Shown piece after piece: positions 60,299-64,000 of a stretch of DNA of 64,000 nucleotides (positions within the stretch are counted from its first letter, which is position 1; each line of letters begins with the position of its first letter). This DNA comes from Roseibacillus sp. Its GTDB lineage: Bacteria > Verrucomicrobiota > Verrucomicrobiia > Verrucomicrobiales > Akkermansiaceae. Position numbers and translations under genes: made by a program. The DNA lies in the NCBI GenBank assembly GCA_965242925.1, contig CBDEUM010000029.1, positions 288,001-352,000 of the forward strand, given 5' to 3'. The notes beneath the pieces are model-generated. The model searched no databases. It saw only the letters and a program-made list of their open reading frames with translations, and had not been told where the DNA came from.

Positions 60299-62929
60299 AT
60301 GAGGTTCTGGTCCAGCATACACCGGCTCCTGGTGATCCTCGAGGTGGGCGTTCTTGCCGTTGGTGTGGCGGAGGGCGAGGAGGCTGATGAAGCTGCGACA
60401 GAGCCTCAAGCCCTCTGGTCATTGCAACCGTTAAGCAGGTTGGCTCCACCTGCAGCTGGTCATCCGGTTGATGCGTTCCTTGGCCTGCCGGCGGGCCCCT
60501 CTGCTGACCGGCGGGCCCTTATCCGGCGTGCGAGCTATGGTTTGACAGGTCTGCCGCCCGCGCCGGATCTGGTCGGGGAGTTCGTTGCCGACGAGCGACC
60601 TGATGCCGGGGCCTTCCAGGCGGTGTGCGAGGCGCTTCTTTCCTCCCCCCACTATGGGGAGCACATGGGCCGGCACTGGCTTGATGTGGTGCGCTATGCC
60701 GATACTGCAGGGGAGAACAGTGATCACCCCCTGCCTCATGCCTGGCGCTATCGGAATTGGGTCATAGACGCGTTCAACCGGGATGTTCCCTACAACCAGT
60801 TTGTCAGGCACCAGCTGGCAGGAGATGTGATCTGCAGGGACCTGCCGCCAGCTGAAAAAAATGCCGGGATTATTGCCACCGGTTATCTGGCCATCTCAAG
60901 GCGATTCGGTCACGACATCGACAAGAGGAAATACCTCATGTACGAAGACACGATTGACAACCTCGGCAAGGCTTTTCTCGGGCTGTCGATTTCCTGTGCG
61001 CGCTGTCATGACCATAAGCATGATCCCATCTCGATGCGGGATTATTATGCGCTCTATGGGATCTTTGACAGTACGACTTTTTCCTTTCCAGGCTGCGAAC
61101 CTAAGGCGCAGCCCCGGGATCTCATTCCTCTTGCGGCGGAGCAGGGCCAGCTGGAGCGGAAGGCCTGGGAGAAGCGTCGCGACGAATTGCAGGACCGGGT
61201 TACTCCGAAGGGGCGGGACCGGGCTGCCAAGGCCCTGCGCGAGCGGGCCGCCGGGTGTTCCAGAATCCTGTCTGCCGGCAAGGTTCCAGATAGAGGCTCA
61301 GTGGTGGTGACCCGGGATCCACTGGTGCAGAAAGTGCGGGTGGGAGAGGCCCTGCAACTTGCGATTCTTCCCGAGGGGAGTCATGGGGCGGACACCACCA
61401 TTGTTGACCTTATGATTTCCCATGGCCAGGGGGAGGCGTTGCAACAGTGGTCCCTCAAGGACCTTCTTGATGACTTGCTCGTATCCAATCCGCACTCCGC
61501 CACGGGGGGAGCGGAATGGTGCTTCCTCGATATCGGGGATCCAGACCCCGCGTTTCTCAGTGTGCGCAACGGCGCTGTGGACGGTCACAAGGAATTGAAG
61601 TCCTGGAACGCCTCGGGAGGAGGATTGCCCTCCGTGACGGTCAACAGGGGGGAGGTTCCGGTTAAAGTTTGGCATACCCTGCCGCCGCGGACGTTTTTCT
61701 GTCATCCAAGCGCCCGGGGAGCGGTGGCAATCACCTGGTTGAGTCCGGTGGATGGGGAGGTTTCCATCAGCCTGACGATCAAGGATGGGCATCCCTGGAA
61801 GACAGGAGAGACGGTGGGCTGGCGTCTTGAGCATTTTAACGATCCTGGTATGGCCGTGGCCTACCGGGCTCTGGGTGAATCCATGGTCCCGGGTCCGGAA
61901 GTGGAGGAGGAACTTGCCGCTCACATGGCGGCGCAACCGAAGATCGAATACGCGTACGCTGTAGCAGAGGGTCAGGCCCGTGACGCCAGAATCCACAAGC
62001 GGGGGAATCATGAGGACCTGGGGGAAGAGGTGCCCCGGGACTACCTTGCCGTTCTTGGAGGAGGGGGACTGGGAGACGAGAACACCAGTGGAAGGCATTC
62101 CCTCGCCGAACGTATTGTAGGTAAGAGCAGTCCCCTGGCGGCACGTGTCATGGTCAACCGGGTCTGGTCCTGGCACTTTGGTCGCGGCCTGGTGACCACC
62201 CCCAATGACTTCGGAAATCACGGAGCGGCCCCCACCCATCCGGAATTGCTCGATTACCTGGCGGGCTATTTTATTGATCACGGGTGGAGCATGAAGGCGC
62301 TGAACAGGTTGATCCTGGGGAGCGAGGCCTATCGGCGGACTGCAGGAGAGGCTGATGGGAGCTACGAGGGATTTCCCCGCCGCCGCATGAGAGCCGAGGA
62401 ATTGCGCGATACCCTGCTGGTGGCCAGTGGAGAACTGGATCGCATGCCGGGGAGAGGGCACCCTTTTCCACCGGAGTCGAAATGGGATTTTACCCAGCAT
62501 GCTCCTTTCGCCGCGGAATATGAGACCATGCACCGTAGCGTCTATGTCATGCGTAAACGGAACCGCAGTAACCGGTTCTTTGCCCTGTTCAATGGTGCGG
62601 ATCCCAATGCCAGCACCGCGGTGCGGGACGTGAGCACGGTGCCCACCCAGGCCCTTTACTTCCTCAACGATCCCTTCTTCCACCGTTGTGCGGAGAAGTT
62701 TGCGGAGCGTGTTTTGAGGGCGGGATCGGATCCGGGGAGCCGGCTCGACTTCGCGTGCCGCGAATTGTTTGCACGAGCGGTGCGCGACGAGGAGGTGATT
62801 GCTTTCCGGGAATTCGCAGAGGTTCTACGGCCCACCGTGCCGGGAGACCAGAAGGCGGTGGAGCAGGAGCTCTGGAAGGCTTACGCACGTGTCCTGCTTG
62901 GCTGCAACGAGCTCCTTCATATCGACTGA
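60299..62929 (+). CDS. DUF1549/DUF1553 (PSD1-type) protein
   Basis: YGEHMGRHWLDVVRYADT, CARCHDHKHDP, ARVMVNRVWSWHFGRG, PTQALYFLN. Confidence 0.9.
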   Translation: MRFWSSIHRLLVILEVGVLAVGVAEGEEADEAATEPQALWSLQPLSRLAPPAAGHPVDAFLGLPAGPSADRRALIRRASYGLTGLPPAPDLVGEFVADERPDAGAFQAVCEALLSSPHYGEHMGRHWLDVVRYADTAGENSDHPLPHAWRYRNWVIDAFNRDVPYNQFVRHQLAGDVICRDLPPAEKNAGIIATGYLAISRRFGHDIDKRKYLMYEDTIDNLGKAFLGLSISCARCHDHKHDPISMRDYYALYGIFDSTTFSFPGCEPKAQPRDLIPLAAEQGQLERKAWEKRRDELQDRVTPKGRDRAAKALRERAAGCSRILSAGKVPDRGSVVVTRDPLVQKVRVGEALQLAILPEGSHGADTTIVDLMISHGQGEALQQWSLKDLLDDLLVSNPHSATGGAEWCFLDIGDPDPAFLSVRNGAVDGHKELKSWNASGGGLPSVTVNRGEVPVKVWHTLPPRTFFCHPSARGAVAITWLSPVDGEVSISLTIKDGHPWKTGETVGWRLEHFNDPGMAVAYRALGESMVPGPEVEEELAAHMAAQPKIEYAYAVAEGQARDARIHKRGNHEDLGEEVPRDYLAVLGGGGLGDENTSGRHSLAERIVGKSSPLAARVMVNRVWSWHFGRGLVTTPNDFGNHGAAPTHPELLDYLAGYFIDHGWSMKALNRLILGSEAYRRTAGEADGSYEGFPRRRMRAEELRDTLLVASGELDRMPGRGHPFPPESKWDFTQHAPFAAEYETMHRSVYVMRKRNRSNRFFALFNGADPNASTAVRDVSTVPTQALYFLNDPFFHRCAEKFAERVLRAGSDPGSRLDFACRELFARAVRDEEVIAFREFAEVLRPTVPGDQKAVEQELWKAYARVLLGCNELLHID

Positions 62930-62933
62930 CTCC

Positions 62934-64000
62934 ATGCGCATGAATGAATCCTTCAACGACCGGCGTAGCTTCGTCCGTTCCTTCGTGGCGGGTTCGGCGC
63001 TCATGCCGGGACTGCTGCAGGAACTGGCCGCAGCCGACACCGCAGCGGCTGATCCCCTGGCCTCGAGGCCGGGGCATTACCCGGCCAAGGCCAAGCGGGT
63101 AATCTTTCTCTTCATGACAGGCGGGGTCTCCCATGTGGATACCTTTGATCCCAAGCCCAGGCTCAAGGCGGACGTGGGCAAGGAAGTGAAGGCCGACCAC
63201 CCCGAGATCCAGGACCGCCCCGGCTATGAGCGCATTTTCCTCAAGGCTCCCCAGTGGGAGTTTTCTCCCTACGGGCAATGTGGAACGGAAGTGAGCTCAC
63301 TTTTTCCCGAGGTGGGAACCTGCGTCGATGATATTGCCCTGATCCGGTCGATGCACACCGACCACTCGAATCATTATAATGCAACCTTGGGAATGCATAC
63401 CGGTTCCTTCGCCTTTGCACGGCCCAGCATCGGGTCATGGGTCAGCTACGGTCTGGGCGCCCTCAACCAGAACCTGCCTTCCTTCATCACCATCGCACCC
63501 CGGCAGACCTATGCCGGCACCCAGGTCTACGCCAGTGACTTTCTACCCGGCGCACACCAGGGAACGCTGGTGGTTCCGGGTCCGCAGCCTATTGCCAACG
63601 TTAAGCCGCGGATCGGGATGCCGCGGCAGGAACTGGAACTGGCCGCCCTGCGCCGCCTTAACCGCCAACACCTGGCACACCGTAGCGGCCATGCCCTGGC
63701 GGAGGCCCGCATCAAGAGTTTTGAGACCGCCTTTGGCATGCAGATGGCCGCTCCGGAGGCCTTCGACTTCTCGGGCGAGACCAATGCCACTCACGAGCTC
63801 TACGGCCTGGAGCGGGGAAGCACGGCGGGCTTTGCCTGGCAGTGTCTTGCGGCGCGGCGACTTGTCGAACGTGGAGTGCGGTTCGTGGAGCTGATTGATA
63901 CCGGATCGAGTGGGAACTGGGATTCCCACGGCAACATGATGGACCATGTCAAGCTGGCCAGGAACGTGGACCAGCCGATTGCGGCCCTTCTGAAGGATCT
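62934..64000 (+). CDS. DUF1501 family protein (3'-truncated by window edge; not in ORF track)
   Basis: Manual translation MRMNESFNDRRSFV...AKRVIFLFMTGGVSHVDTFDPK...ARRLVERGVRFVE..WDSH. Confidence 0.9.
   Translation, partial: MRMNESFNDRRSFVRSFVAGSALMPGLLQELAAADTAAADPLASRPGHYPAKAKRVIFLFMTGGVSHVDTFDPKPRLKADVGKEVKADHPEIQDRPGYERIFLKAPQWEFSPYGQCGTEVSSLFPEVGTCVDDIALIRSMHTDHSNHYNATLGMHTGSFAFARPSIGSWVSYGLGALNQNLPSFITIAPRQTYAGTQVYASDFLPGAHQGTLVVPGPQPIANVKPRIGMPRQELELAALRRLNRQHLAHRSGHALAEARIKSFETAFGMQMAAPEAFDFSGETNATHELYGLERGSTAGFAWQCLAARRLVERGVRFVELIDTGSSGNWDSHGNMMDHVKLARNVDQPIAALLKD

Noticed and set aside
1..64000. CRISPR array, cas genes, transposase, intact integrase, prophage
   Set aside because: No regularly spaced repeats or recognisable motifs were seen

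Overview
GC-rich bacterial DNA. The gene content (many Cys-type sulfatases, DUF1501/DUF1549-DUF1553 and DUF1552/DUF1592 pairs, PVC-type CxxCH proteins, a PEP-CTERM protein, CotH/lamin-tail surface protein) suggests a PVC-superphylum organism, probably Verrucomicrobiota (inference). A housekeeping core (tRNA-Arg(ACG), rpsA, type-B L31, efp) lies at 26.6-32.8 kb and is flanked by carbohydrate/sulfate-processing and periplasmic heme-protein genes. Main highlights: (1) a clean sigma70 promoter, a SAM-IV/SAM-I-IV-like riboswitch and a 77-aa orphan with an integrase-arm/AP2-like DNA-binding pattern (10.4-10.9 kb); (2) a probable tRNA-adjacent accessory region (~11-26.6 kb) in which one unrecognised ~170-aa discoidin-like domain occurs four times in three genes, once circularly permuted and once with a near-identical 124-bp tract; (3) a chimeric junction joining the 5' ends of two island genes at a 9-bp microhomology; (4) a second circularly permuted insert domain shared by a DUF1592 and a DUF1553 protein. 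Domain names come from motif recognition by eye; no searches were run.
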